Shown: piece after piece, positions 9,398 to 18,357 of the stretch
Layout: every line of letters starts with the position of its first letter
How positions within the stretch are numbered: position 1 is the first letter of the stretch
Assembly (NCBI GenBank): GCA_964346495.1
Contig: CAYFUW010000001.1
Location: 23,327 to 87,326 of the forward strand
From: an uncultured Dysgonomonadaceae bacterium
Lineage (GTDB): Bacteria > Bacteroidota > Bacteroidia > Bacteroidales > Dysgonomonadaceae
Length of the DNA: 64,000 nt
Direction of reading: 5' to 3'
Translations under genes and position numbers: made by a program
The notes under the pieces: generated by a model
What the model was told of the DNA's origin: nothing
Seen by the model: the letters and a program-made list of their open reading frames with translations, nothing else
The model's database searches: none

Positions 9398-9952
9398 TTA
9401 TATTAAATAGTGCGATTTTAGAAAATCTTTTTTCAAAACTACTATGCCGATATCTTTCATATCAAACGTAAACTGTACTCTACTATCTTTAACTATCTTT
9501 TTCCAAATATGTTTACCTGTTTTCGAATTTATTCCCGATAAGAGCCAAAAACAGTTTTCATTGCTTATCGAAAGTAGAAAATCTATATTGCTCTTTTCGT
9601 CTATCAAGTATATGAAAATGGCATCGTATTTCTGCTTCTCATTTGCTTCTTCTAAAGAGTGAAGTATCATCTCTTTTCCCGAATGACAAAGATACAACGA
9701 ATTAATGTTGTTTTCAGGATTTATTTCAAGAGTTTTATCCGGTTTGAAATATTGTATAAGTCTGTACGACAAATGATGCAATCTTTCGTTATACGGCTCT
9801 ATTTTTTGCTTTGCCAACAGCTTTTTTATATCGAAATAGGCATAATATGCATAACCGGAATAGATAACTTTGGTTATAAACTCGTAAGCAAAAGGAGAGT
9901 GTATCCCGTGACCTTTTGCCTTTATTTTACGACGTATAGAGTTTAATAACAT
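9398..9952 (-). CDS. Conserved hypothetical protein, possibly a truncated SAM-methyltransferase-like fold
   Basis: 184 aa ORF about 28 nt downstream of the adenosyltransferase gene. The N-terminal GHGIHSPFAYEF motif is one I associate with a Bacteroidota methyltransferase-like family. No catalytic motif was confirmed. Confidence 0.55.
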   Translation of the reverse strand: MLLNSIRRKIKAKGHGIHSPFAYEFITKVIYSGYAYYAYFDIKKLLAKQKIEPYNERLHHLSYRLIQYFKPDKTLEINPENNINSLYLCHSGKEMILHSLEEANEKQKYDAIFIYLIDEKSNIDFLLSISNENCFWLLSGINSKTGKHIWKKIVKDSRVQFTFDMKDIGIVVLKKDFLKSHYLI

Positions 9953-9966
9953 TGTACTGTTTATTT

Positions 9967-10380
9967 TTTGCTGTTGGTTATTAGCTTTTAGCCTTTGGCT
10001 TATGACACCAATAATAAAAGTTTTTGTATGAAAAATGAAATTTGATAGTCGGGATTACAAATCCCTCCGAGCAGGGGCGCAAAGTCTCTTCTCGTTTTAT
10101 CACATATTCTCCAAATCGCCCTCTCTCCCATTCGCACAGTCTCCCTCTCTTCAAGTCTCGTAACACGCAATCCGAAACCCGCACCAACTACATACTACAA
10201 ACTACACACTACCTACTTCATGTTACTATTAGACGCGGCATGCCACGTCTCTACTTTTTGAACACGATACCTTTGATTTCGTGATAATTTAACGTAAGCA
10301 CAGCCATCGTCTCCCGCAACTCGTAACACGCAACACGCAACTACTACATACTACCCACTCCAAACTACACACTAACCTCA
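9967..10380. repeat. Mosaic repeat array
   Basis: In order: TTAGCTN heptads 9967-10001, module A 10048-10071, heptads 10158-10227, module B 10231-10254, the 45 bp module 10260-10304, module D 10294-10314, heptads 10321-10376. Confidence 0.75.
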
Positions 10381-10860
10381 ATGTATTTGATAAACAAGCA
10401 CCACCGCGTAAGCCGAAATACCTTCTTCGCGACCAACAAATCCCATTTTTTCAGAAGTTGTTGCTTTTATCGAAATATCGTCTGTTTTTATTTCCATTAT
10501 CTCCGAAAGTACTTTCTGCATTTCGGGAATATGTGGATTCATCTTTGGAGCTTCGGCGCAAATTGTAGCGTCTATATTGCCAATATCATAATATTTTTCA
10601 CGAAGTAGCTCTACCGTTTTTTTCAACAATATTTTACTGTCGATATTTTTATATTCCGGACTGCTATTCGGAAAGTGATAACCAATATCTCGCAAATTGG
10701 CAGCGCCAAGCAGAGCGTCGCAGATAGCGTGAATAAGCACATCGGCGTCGGAGTGACCTTGAAGCCCTTTTTCGTGTTCAATCCTAACTCCGCCCATGCA
10801 AAGCTCTCTGTCTGCCTCTAAACGATGCATATCGTATCCAAATCCGACTCTTATTCTCAT
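10378..10860 (-). CDS. ispF: 2-C-methyl-D-erythritol 2,4-cyclodiphosphate synthase
   Basis: 160 aa with motifs GFGYDMHRL and GHSDADVLIHAICDALLGA. Confidence 0.95.
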   Translation of the reverse strand: MRIRVGFGYDMHRLEADRELCMGGVRIEHEKGLQGHSDADVLIHAICDALLGAANLRDIGYHFPNSSPEYKNIDSKILLKKTVELLREKYYDIGNIDATICAEAPKMNPHIPEMQKVLSEIMEIKTDDISIKATTSEKMGFVGREEGISAYAVVLVYQIH

Positions 10861-10923
10861 GTCTTGTTAGTTTTATAATCTTTTTTGTTGTTGATTTGAA
10901 ACACCGAATGAGATTGGGATATA

Positions 10924-10931
10924 CAAAACTA
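10924..10931 (-). promoter_or_regulatory. -7 box upstream of ispF
   Basis: The reverse complement reads TAGTTTTG, 64 nt upstream of the start. Confidence 0.35.
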
Positions 10932-10981
10932 TATCCTCAACCTCATTCATAAAAAGTATTACTTTCGTAATTAAAATATCT

Positions 10982-12169
10982 TTAGTTGAAAAGCTGTTTA
11001 ATTCCATCCATATCAAATCCGAGCGATAGACGCAATGTTTGGTCTAACGGGTTTGTTTGAGCTGTTGAAATCAGATAAGCAGCATCCAGCTGGAATGCAC
11101 TCATTCTAAAGCCTGCACCAATAGAGAAATATTTTCTGTTACCTTTATATTCGCTCTCGTGGAAATATCCTGCACGTACCGAGAATTGGTTGTTATAGGT
11201 GTACTCAACTCCTAACGACCACATTATCTCCTGCATCTCTTCTTTAAAACCACCCGGGGCATCGCCAAACGATTTGAATACTCCGGCAACTGATGAGATG
11301 TTTTTATAAGCATCCAGTCTGGCAGTCCACTCTTCATCTGTTTCTTCTTCGCCTTTAATAGGAGGAGTTGGTACCAATAACTTATTGATATCAAAACTAA
11401 CCGAAATTGTATTTTTTTCATCTATTGGGTAACCCAATGCAGCTCCTAATCTCATATTTGCCGGTAAAAACATATTGGTATTTCCGCCATCGTAAGAAAT
11501 TTTTGTACCAATATTTGAAAAATTAAAACCTAATCCCAAAAGGGCTTCATTTCCTCCCAGATTAATATAGCTCTCATTATATCCTGCTACGTCGGCAGCA
11601 AAGGCACTTCCGGGCATAACTCCATCATCCTGACCATATGAGTAGTCTGCATGAATATAACGAAGAGTAACAGCTCCTGAAAAAGTTTCTGATAATTTTC
11701 TGGAATAGGCAATGTCTAAAGCCATCTCGTTGGGCGATACACTTTGCCAGAAGTCTCCGTTAAGGTCGGTTAAATCGATATTACCAAGCGAGAAGTAACG
11801 CAGTGAAGCACTCAGTGCATTGAGGTTTTCGCTTCCGAATTTCCAGAATCCGGTGACATATACCAAGTCAATATCGTTTACCAATTTGCTTAACCATGGT
11901 GTATATGAAAGAGCAAAACCGGCATTACTATTTACAAAAGGATATTTTGCAGCGTTCCAGTGTTGTGAATAGACGTCGGGCATAGTTGATACACCAATAT
12001 CTCCCATACCTCCACCGCGGGCATCAGGCGAAATTTGCAATGATGGTACTGCAACATGAATCGGATTATAATCTGGACTCGGAGCAGTCTCCTCTTGCGA
12101 TTTTACTAGCTGACTTACTGACAAAAGTATGATAACTACAGCTAATTTAATGATTGATTTTAAATTCAT
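10982..12169 (-). CDS. porV: T9SS outer membrane channel/shuttle protein PorV (LptO)
   Basis: It has a signal peptide, the motif PDARGGGMGDIGV and a beta-barrel-like C-terminus ending in F-N. It lies immediately downstream of porU. Confidence 0.88.
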   Translation of the reverse strand: MNLKSIIKLAVVIILLSVSQLVKSQEETAPSPDYNPIHVAVPSLQISPDARGGGMGDIGVSTMPDVYSQHWNAAKYPFVNSNAGFALSYTPWLSKLVNDIDLVYVTGFWKFGSENLNALSASLRYFSLGNIDLTDLNGDFWQSVSPNEMALDIAYSRKLSETFSGAVTLRYIHADYSYGQDDGVMPGSAFAADVAGYNESYINLGGNEALLGLGFNFSNIGTKISYDGGNTNMFLPANMRLGAALGYPIDEKNTISVSFDINKLLVPTPPIKGEEETDEEWTARLDAYKNISSVAGVFKSFGDAPGGFKEEMQEIMWSLGVEYTYNNQFSVRAGYFHESEYKGNRKYFSIGAGFRMSAFQLDAAYLISTAQTNPLDQTLRLSLGFDMDGIKQLFN

Positions 12170-12228
12170 TGTGATATTAATTTTTGTGTTATATTCAAAA
12201 TAGTTTATACCTTACTTTTGAAGGTTAT

Positions 12229-15200
12229 TTATTGTTTTGTGATAATTAGTTTTCTGCCTTTGGCATTTTCGAAAATTCCGTTTGCACTTGTAACGGATGC
12301 ACGTACTAAATAAATTCCCGGATTCAATCTTGAACCGTCTCTGCTTGTCAAATTCCACTCGTACTCTATCTCTCTGACATTGTTACCCGATGCACTCTTC
12401 TCCTGATGCGACCATATTAAATTACCTGCCATATTATAAACGCTGAAAGTAACCATTAGTTCAGAACCTGGAAGGTTAGTTGTAAGTACAAATCGGGTTA
12501 TATCTTTCGCAGGATTTCCGTATATAAAAAATTCATTTATTATTGGTTCAAATTCATCGGTCACCACAAATTCCAACTCCTTAGTTGCCGAGTTGTTGCT
12601 AACATCCCACACGCGGAATGTTAGTTTATATCTTCCGTTTTCTAACTCAGGTATAAGAAAGCTAACCAATCCCGAGTTTGCAGAATTTGCTATGTTTTGG
12701 AAATTACCTGTTACATCATAGGTTTTCAGATAATTTTTTGAAATACCCTCTATTGTTACAGTAATTTCATGTCCATGCCATCCCGAAAGGTTTATACCTG
12801 TATCGTCATAAACTTCTGCAATAAGCATTGGAGTTGTGTTAGTTTTATCTCCCGAAACAAAACTTTCGCTGTTCAAATATAGTTTGGTAATTTCGGGCGG
12901 TGTTACATCGTTCGGAGCATTGGGGTCGGTTCCATAAATTTTGTAATTAGAGAAATAGCCATGTGCTTTTTTATCTCCTCCGGGCTGATAAGCGTAGAAA
13001 CTCATCTTACCATAGTCTTCCATCGAATATAAAATATCTTTAGGAACAACAAAAGTATATTCAAATTCACCGTTTACAACCTCTGCCATACCGTTGTATA
13101 TGGTATTTGTATAGTCGTAATAGGTGAAAGCCAGGTCGTAATTTGCATTATCACGTGTAGTTAACTGTTGTCTGGAGTCGAATATTTTTGAATCGATATA
13201 ACCGTTAAAATCAGCATCGATACTTCCGTCTTCGTAAGCGATTTTTCCTTTTATGCGAACAGTAGATAGTGCATTAAACACGATTGGTTCACCACCTAAT
13301 TCATCTCCTTCTACACTATTTATCTCAGTTACTACCACTTTGGGATATTCATCGGGATAAGAGAGTCTGAGTGCCGGGTCGCCCAATAACGCAAAGTTAA
13401 GTTTGTTAGAGTCGAAAGCCAAATTTGATTCTCTTTTTGCCAACTTCATAATATCGCCCAAACGAAGTGGTTTGCCATTATCTTTGGTGAAAATATTTTT
13501 AAACAGCCCGGTAGCTAAAAGCATATTACTGCTGGCATATACCAATCGAACGGTTGAAAATAGAGCAATTGCTCCTCCTCTCGGATTTAAAAGAGCCATT
13601 TCTCCTCCCGACATATCCTCTCCGTCGAATCGGCTAAAATCGCAGGTAGCAGTAATCCAAACCGGCAATCTTGTATTGGTCATGTTCTCTATATCGGGAT
13701 ATTTTAATATATATTCGTGAGTCCAGTCTCGTGTAGAGCCGTGCCCCATGAAATTCAGAACAAGTTGACCATTTTCTATCGACTCGAAAAGTTTTTTCTG
13801 TGCATCGGGATAACGTCCACCCTCTCCGGTTTCTACTCTTTCGAACGCATCCATATAAAGTTTGTTGACAATAAACTGCGGTTTATCTTTGTTTACTTTT
13901 TCTGCCAACTCATCGGAGTCTGTTATATGAACCATCTCGCTTACAGGCGAATTTGACCCTGCTATTGCATCGTCTGCCAGGAAAAGCAGATTGTTTTTCC
14001 AAATTCCCTGGTCTTTATCTTTTATATATTTCTCAATTTTATTGATAACACCTATAGCTTCATCTGCTTTTCGTACCGGAAAACGTCCAATACCGATATC
14101 AAGTTTGTCTCTTGCAATTTCAACTCCTTCGTCGTCATCCAAAAACCCAAAGTAGTCATCTGTTACGTACGACCCTACCTGCGACAACGATTGATATGAC
14201 TGAAATGTAAGCAAAAATGCCGATGTATTTACACTACTCCATTTGCCACTCTCTATTAACCTATTATCGTAAACACCATCGCCAAATAGTAATAAATATT
14301 TCGGTTTTTCTTCTTCAGTTTCTGCTCTGTCGTAAAACATTTTCATAAAACGTCTGTAAGCAGTAGCATCGGGTTTACCGGAAGAGAATTCATTATATAT
14401 TTTTTCGGGATTTACAACTAAAGATGTTAGCCCTGAGTCATCGAAGTGAATTTGTGCAAGCTGATTTGCAAAGTGTTCTAATGTAGGTTGCACAATAATA
14501 ACCATATCTGCTCTTTCTAATGCATGAAGGTCTTGATTATCGACCTTTCCAATTACCTCCGGTGTGGGTATTTGCTTTGTTAAATCGACAATGGCAAACT
14601 CCTCCAAAGCATTTGAGTTGTATATAAATTGTCCGGTGCTTCCTGATAGCGATACCTGAATTTTTTGTGGATTTAATTCGTTGGTAACATTAAAAACAAG
14701 AAGTCCCGAATTTGCATTAGATATTTTATATTGAGTTGATGTGTTGACAGATTCTAAGTTTCTAAAGAAAGTAACAGCATCGTAGGGCTGAAGACGTCTT
14801 GTAAACTGTAGAGTTATGTAGTTCAGATATGTATTATCCAGATTTACTCCGCTATAATTCACACTCACTGTGTTCTGTCCACTTACAGTTCCGCTCCAAG
14901 GACCCGACAAAGTTAGATCCGAAGCGGCGGCATAACGGTTAACTGTTACCGGCACGTTACCCGATAGAGTCAGCACACCGTTTATTGAAACATTTAAAGG
15001 TGTTGCCACTTTTGTTTTCGAAACAAAGTTGATAGTAGCAACCTTTCCTGCCAAAATACCTGGTGTGTTGAATACAAAGTTTTGACTGTTATTTATTCTG
15101 AAAGACTCGCCATAAAACTCTCGTCCGGACTCAATCAGGTTTTTCTCGTCTTTTTCGTGTATGGCATAATCATCAAACCAATCTACTGTTTTAGTATATT

Positions 15201-15708
15201 CGGTAGCGCTTGATGTTGCATTCTCTATTCTTTTTCCACCGTCTCCCTCTGTTACAAAAAAGAATGCATCGGTAGAGTATGGGTTATTTTCGTGGATGAA
15301 TCCTCTGCCCGATTTTTCAAATACCCACTTTACCATCCCTTGAGCGTAAAAAATAATATAATCACCACTACCAAAAACGTTGTCATCTCCTTTTTCCATC
15401 CAGATTGGCAATTCGGGCAGGTCATCGATATATGGTTTTGAAAAATCGGGATCTAACAAATTACCTCCGTACCCATAAACTTTCACCTTTGAAGGATCGG
15501 AAAGCCCCATCTTACTCAAATCTTCATAAGTAAGCTTGTAAAAACTTTTTTGATTAGTTTTTATTTTGTACCAATTTCCGGTTGACAATACGGAATTGGC
15601 TGCATATCGGGATCCGTCATTCTTCTTTTGCTGAGAAAAAACATTCCCTGCAAGAAAGGCAAAAATGATGATTATAAATATTTTTATATATGAAATTCTC
15701 ATTATCAA
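12229..15708 (-). CDS. porU: T9SS sortase PorU (C25 gingipain-like peptidase)
   Basis: 1159 aa with a signal peptide, a C25 peptidase-like core (LLFGDG..., NFMGHGS, ATCDFSRFD) and its own C-terminal sorting domain. It is adjacent to porV. Confidence 0.88.
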   Translation of the reverse strand: MIMRISYIKIFIIIIFAFLAGNVFSQQKKNDGSRYAANSVLSTGNWYKIKTNQKSFYKLTYEDLSKMGLSDPSKVKVYGYGGNLLDPDFSKPYIDDLPELPIWMEKGDDNVFGSGDYIIFYAQGMVKWVFEKSGRGFIHENNPYSTDAFFFVTEGDGGKRIENATSSATEYTKTVDWFDDYAIHEKDEKNLIESGREFYGESFRINNSQNFVFNTPGILAGKVATINFVSKTKVATPLNVSINGVLTLSGNVPVTVNRYAAASDLTLSGPWSGTVSGQNTVSVNYSGVNLDNTYLNYITLQFTRRLQPYDAVTFFRNLESVNTSTQYKISNANSGLLVFNVTNELNPQKIQVSLSGSTGQFIYNSNALEEFAIVDLTKQIPTPEVIGKVDNQDLHALERADMVIIVQPTLEHFANQLAQIHFDDSGLTSLVVNPEKIYNEFSSGKPDATAYRRFMKMFYDRAETEEEKPKYLLLFGDGVYDNRLIESGKWSSVNTSAFLLTFQSYQSLSQVGSYVTDDYFGFLDDDEGVEIARDKLDIGIGRFPVRKADEAIGVINKIEKYIKDKDQGIWKNNLLFLADDAIAGSNSPVSEMVHITDSDELAEKVNKDKPQFIVNKLYMDAFERVETGEGGRYPDAQKKLFESIENGQLVLNFMGHGSTRDWTHEYILKYPDIENMTNTRLPVWITATCDFSRFDGEDMSGGEMALLNPRGGAIALFSTVRLVYASSNMLLATGLFKNIFTKDNGKPLRLGDIMKLAKRESNLAFDSNKLNFALLGDPALRLSYPDEYPKVVVTEINSVEGDELGGEPIVFNALSTVRIKGKIAYEDGSIDADFNGYIDSKIFDSRQQLTTRDNANYDLAFTYYDYTNTIYNGMAEVVNGEFEYTFVVPKDILYSMEDYGKMSFYAYQPGGDKKAHGYFSNYKIYGTDPNAPNDVTPPEITKLYLNSESFVSGDKTNTTPMLIAEVYDDTGINLSGWHGHEITVTIEGISKNYLKTYDVTGNFQNIANSANSGLVSFLIPELENGRYKLTFRVWDVSNNSATKELEFVVTDEFEPIINEFFIYGNPAKDITRFVLTTNLPGSELMVTFSVYNMAGNLIWSHQEKSASGNNVREIEYEWNLTSRDGSRLNPGIYLVRASVTSANGIFENAKGRKLIITKQ

Positions 15709-15714
15709 TAAAGT

Positions 15715-16329
15715 TTACTTTATTTTGAAATCGAGCAATTTTTGTTGGTTCAAAAATCCTTGCAAATGGTCGTTTATTTTTACACTCCCAACACCTGCGG
15801 GAGTTCCGGTAAAAATTAAATCACCTATTTTTAAAGTAAAGAAACGGCTAATATAAGATATTATTTTAGAAAAAGAGTAAATCATATTTCGACTGTTGTC
15901 GCTCTGTACCACTTTTTCGTTCACCAAAAGATGAAAATCAATGTTATCTAAATCACCTACTTCGTTTATACTAATAAATTCACCTATAGCAGCCGAGTTA
16001 TCAAAACTTTTAGCTATTTCCCAGGGCAAGCCCAACTCTTTCTGTTGTCGTTGTAAATCTCTTGCCGTAAAATCAATACCTACCGTAATTTCGTCAAAAT
16101 AGCGATGAGCAAATTTTTCCGAAATATTTTTACCTAACCTGTTTATTTTTATTACCAATTCTGTTTCGTAATGCATCTCTTGCGAAAAATCGGGCAAAAA
16201 AAACGGTTTGCCATCTTTCAACAAAGCGGTATCGGGTTTCATAAAAACAACAGGTTCACTACTTTCAAACGTTCTTTTCATTTCTTTATTGTGTGAATCG
16301 TAGTTTAGCCCGATAGCAAATATTTTCAT
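15715..16329 (-). CDS. Fumarylacetoacetate hydrolase family protein
   Basis: 204 aa with the C-terminal motif GDLIFTGTPAGVG and a YETELV metal-binding region. Confidence 0.85.
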   Translation of the reverse strand: MKIFAIGLNYDSHNKEMKRTFESSEPVVFMKPDTALLKDGKPFFLPDFSQEMHYETELVIKINRLGKNISEKFAHRYFDEITVGIDFTARDLQRQQKELGLPWEIAKSFDNSAAIGEFISINEVGDLDNIDFHLLVNEKVVQSDNSRNMIYSFSKIISYISRFFTLKIGDLIFTGTPAGVGSVKINDHLQGFLNQQKLLDFKIK

Positions 16330-16361
16330 TTTATTGTCACTTTTGTAGGTTAATAAAATTT

Positions 16362-17003
16362 CTATTGATTGCTTTTTTTATACTGCAACCTGTTATACAT
16401 TACTGCAAGATGTGCATAAAGTGAGGTGTTTTGTAAAACTACATTCTCCGGCACCCTGATGCGAAAAGGTGTAAAATTCCAAATAGCCTTTACTCCTCCT
16501 GCAATCATCTTTTCCGCCACTTGCTGAGCATGTTCTGGTGGAACTGTCAGGATACCTATCTCTGCCTTCAAGGTCTTGTTTATTTCACAAAAAGCGTCGG
16601 AATGGTAAACGGGAATACCAAATACTTCAGTATTTATCAGTGATGGATTGACATCGAACCCGGCGTAGATTTTCAGACCGAATTGCTCCAATCCAGAATC
16701 GGAAAGTAGAGCAGCACCCAAACTTCCTACACCGAATAATACAGAAGTACGCTTGGTGTTGAAACCCAAAAAATCTTCCAAAACATCTACCAATTCATTT
16801 ACATCATATCCCACACGGGTTTTACCGCTTATATTCAAATGAGATAAATCTTTAGCTATCTGTGTAGATGTAACGTTAATTACTTTTGCTATAGTTGTAG
16901 ATGAAACGTGGCTCTCACCCTGATTTTTCAACGATTTCAGGTAAGCCAAATACCATGGTAATCGGCGAATTGTAGGTTCCGGAATTAATGTATTGCCACT
17001 CAT
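16362..17003 (-). CDS. rex: Redox-sensing transcriptional repressor Rex
   Basis: The N-terminal winged helix (TIRRLPWYLAYL) and the Rossmann motif FGVGSLGAAL are present. Confidence 0.9.
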   Translation of the reverse strand: MSGNTLIPEPTIRRLPWYLAYLKSLKNQGESHVSSTTIAKVINVTSTQIAKDLSHLNISGKTRVGYDVNELVDVLEDFLGFNTKRTSVLFGVGSLGAALLSDSGLEQFGLKIYAGFDVNPSLINTEVFGIPVYHSDAFCEINKTLKAEIGILTVPPEHAQQVAEKMIAGGVKAIWNFTPFRIRVPENVVLQNTSLYAHLAVMYNRLQYKKSNQ

Positions 17004-17017
17004 GATTTTTGTTTTTA

Positions 17018-17025
17018 CAAAGATA
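17018..17025 (-). promoter_or_regulatory. -7 box upstream of rex
   Basis: The reverse complement reads TATCTTTG. It is only 15 nt from the start, which implies a very short leader. Confidence 0.3.
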
Positions 17026-17088
17026 GTTTTTAGTTGGCGGTAAAATATTTAACTACTTTGTTTCCTTTTTATTGTTTACACGAGCATA

Positions 17089-17454
17089 TTACTCATCCAT
17101 CTCAACTTCGCTATTGATAGGAAACACTTTAGTTTTGGTCTCTTTCTTGATATAAGGCTTCAAATCTTTGTTCACTATTCGTTTGTAATAAGCGCTATTG
17201 GTATGAGCAGTAAATGCCGACAAACTTTCGTAACTTTCGTAAATATATATTTTGGTAAAATTGTCTTCCACCAATAATACATCAAACACAACACACCCCT
17301 CTTCATTATCGAGAGTATTTTGTTGCAGTTCTGAAAGCAAATCAACAACTGTGTCGAAGTTGCTTTCGTCAATATTTATTTCACTCAAAACAACATAAGG
17401 GTCTTCTGCCTCTTGTGCTACAACTGATGATGTATTTAAGAAAAATGACATCAA
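17089..17454 (-). CDS. Antibiotic biosynthesis monooxygenase (ABM) domain protein; start uncertain
   Basis: An ABM-like ferredoxin fold (GCVVFDVL...IYESYESLSAFTAHTNSAYY) is present. The listed start is TTG and the signal-peptide-like extension upstream lacks a start codon (see findings). Confidence 0.6.
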   Translation of the reverse strand: MMSFFLNTSSVVAQEAEDPYVVLSEINIDESNFDTVVDLLSELQQNTLDNEEGCVVFDVLLVEDNFTKIYIYESYESLSAFTAHTNSAYYKRIVNKDLKPYIKKETKTKVFPINSEVEMDE

Positions 17455-17534
17455 AAAAAGCGAGCAAAAAATAAAAAATAATTTCTCATAAATTATAATA
17501 TAAAAGTATCATTATTGATATTGATTTCTGTTTT

Positions 17535-18332
17535 TTAGTTTTTTAGTCCGGACGCAGATTTTAAAACGGCTTTTACCGAACCAATTTTTAAGTGAGTTTC
17601 TATAATTATCGGAACCCGATTGAAGTCGTCTGTTAACGTTGCCCTTATAGCCTCTTTTTGATTGTTAAATGCTTTATCCAGAATTGTCAACGAAATATCT
17701 ATCGTATTGTATGTTTTTCCGTCATTTGCCTTAGTTCTGGATTTTCCCATGTAATTCACGTACATTCGAACAATATCTTTCCCCGACAAAAATTGTATCT
17801 CTCTCCTATCGCCTGCTTCCATACCCGAATAATCTAAATTTCGTATCAGTGGCAACACCGACAGATAGTCATACGTACACTTATTGGTAGAGACATAATC
17901 GTCAAATTGCTGCGTACCGTTAAACACTCTTTTTGCCCTAATTCTTATATTATTTCCGCTATAATTGTATGTTTGAACTTCTTGCGAATAATCTTTCCCC
18001 TCGAAAGCATTTTTTATAAAAAGTTGTGGTCTGAGCTTCATATCAACATATGAGGTCAATGTGTCGTTAACTCTGTAAACCCTGGCTAATCCGCTGGTAT
18101 TTAACTGCATATTAATGCTATACACATTTTCTCCTCTATAGTTTACAGTAGTCGTCCTCAACATACCGCTACCTGCTTTTGCATTAATAATACCGTAATG
18201 ATAATACAGATCGTAGTTGATGTTTTCACCACTTCTGAAAGCATTATTTCTTATTTCGCACTGCGAATACAGGCTATTTGCTATCACTAAAAGAGATAAC
18301 AAAAACCAAAGTTTTATTTTTGTTTTTTTCAT
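17535..18332 (-). CDS. DUF3108-like secreted protein
   Basis: 265 aa with a signal peptide and beta-rich composition resembling DUF3108. It is in an operon-like arrangement with the upstream lipoprotein gene. Confidence 0.55.
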   Translation of the reverse strand: MKKTKIKLWFLLSLLVIANSLYSQCEIRNNAFRSGENINYDLYYHYGIINAKAGSGMLRTTTVNYRGENVYSINMQLNTSGLARVYRVNDTLTSYVDMKLRPQLFIKNAFEGKDYSQEVQTYNYSGNNIRIRAKRVFNGTQQFDDYVSTNKCTYDYLSVLPLIRNLDYSGMEAGDRREIQFLSGKDIVRMYVNYMGKSRTKANDGKTYNTIDISLTILDKAFNNQKEAIRATLTDDFNRVPIIIETHLKIGSVKAVLKSASGLKN

Positions 18333-18357
18333 ATTTCTATCTGTTTTAGTTAATCAA

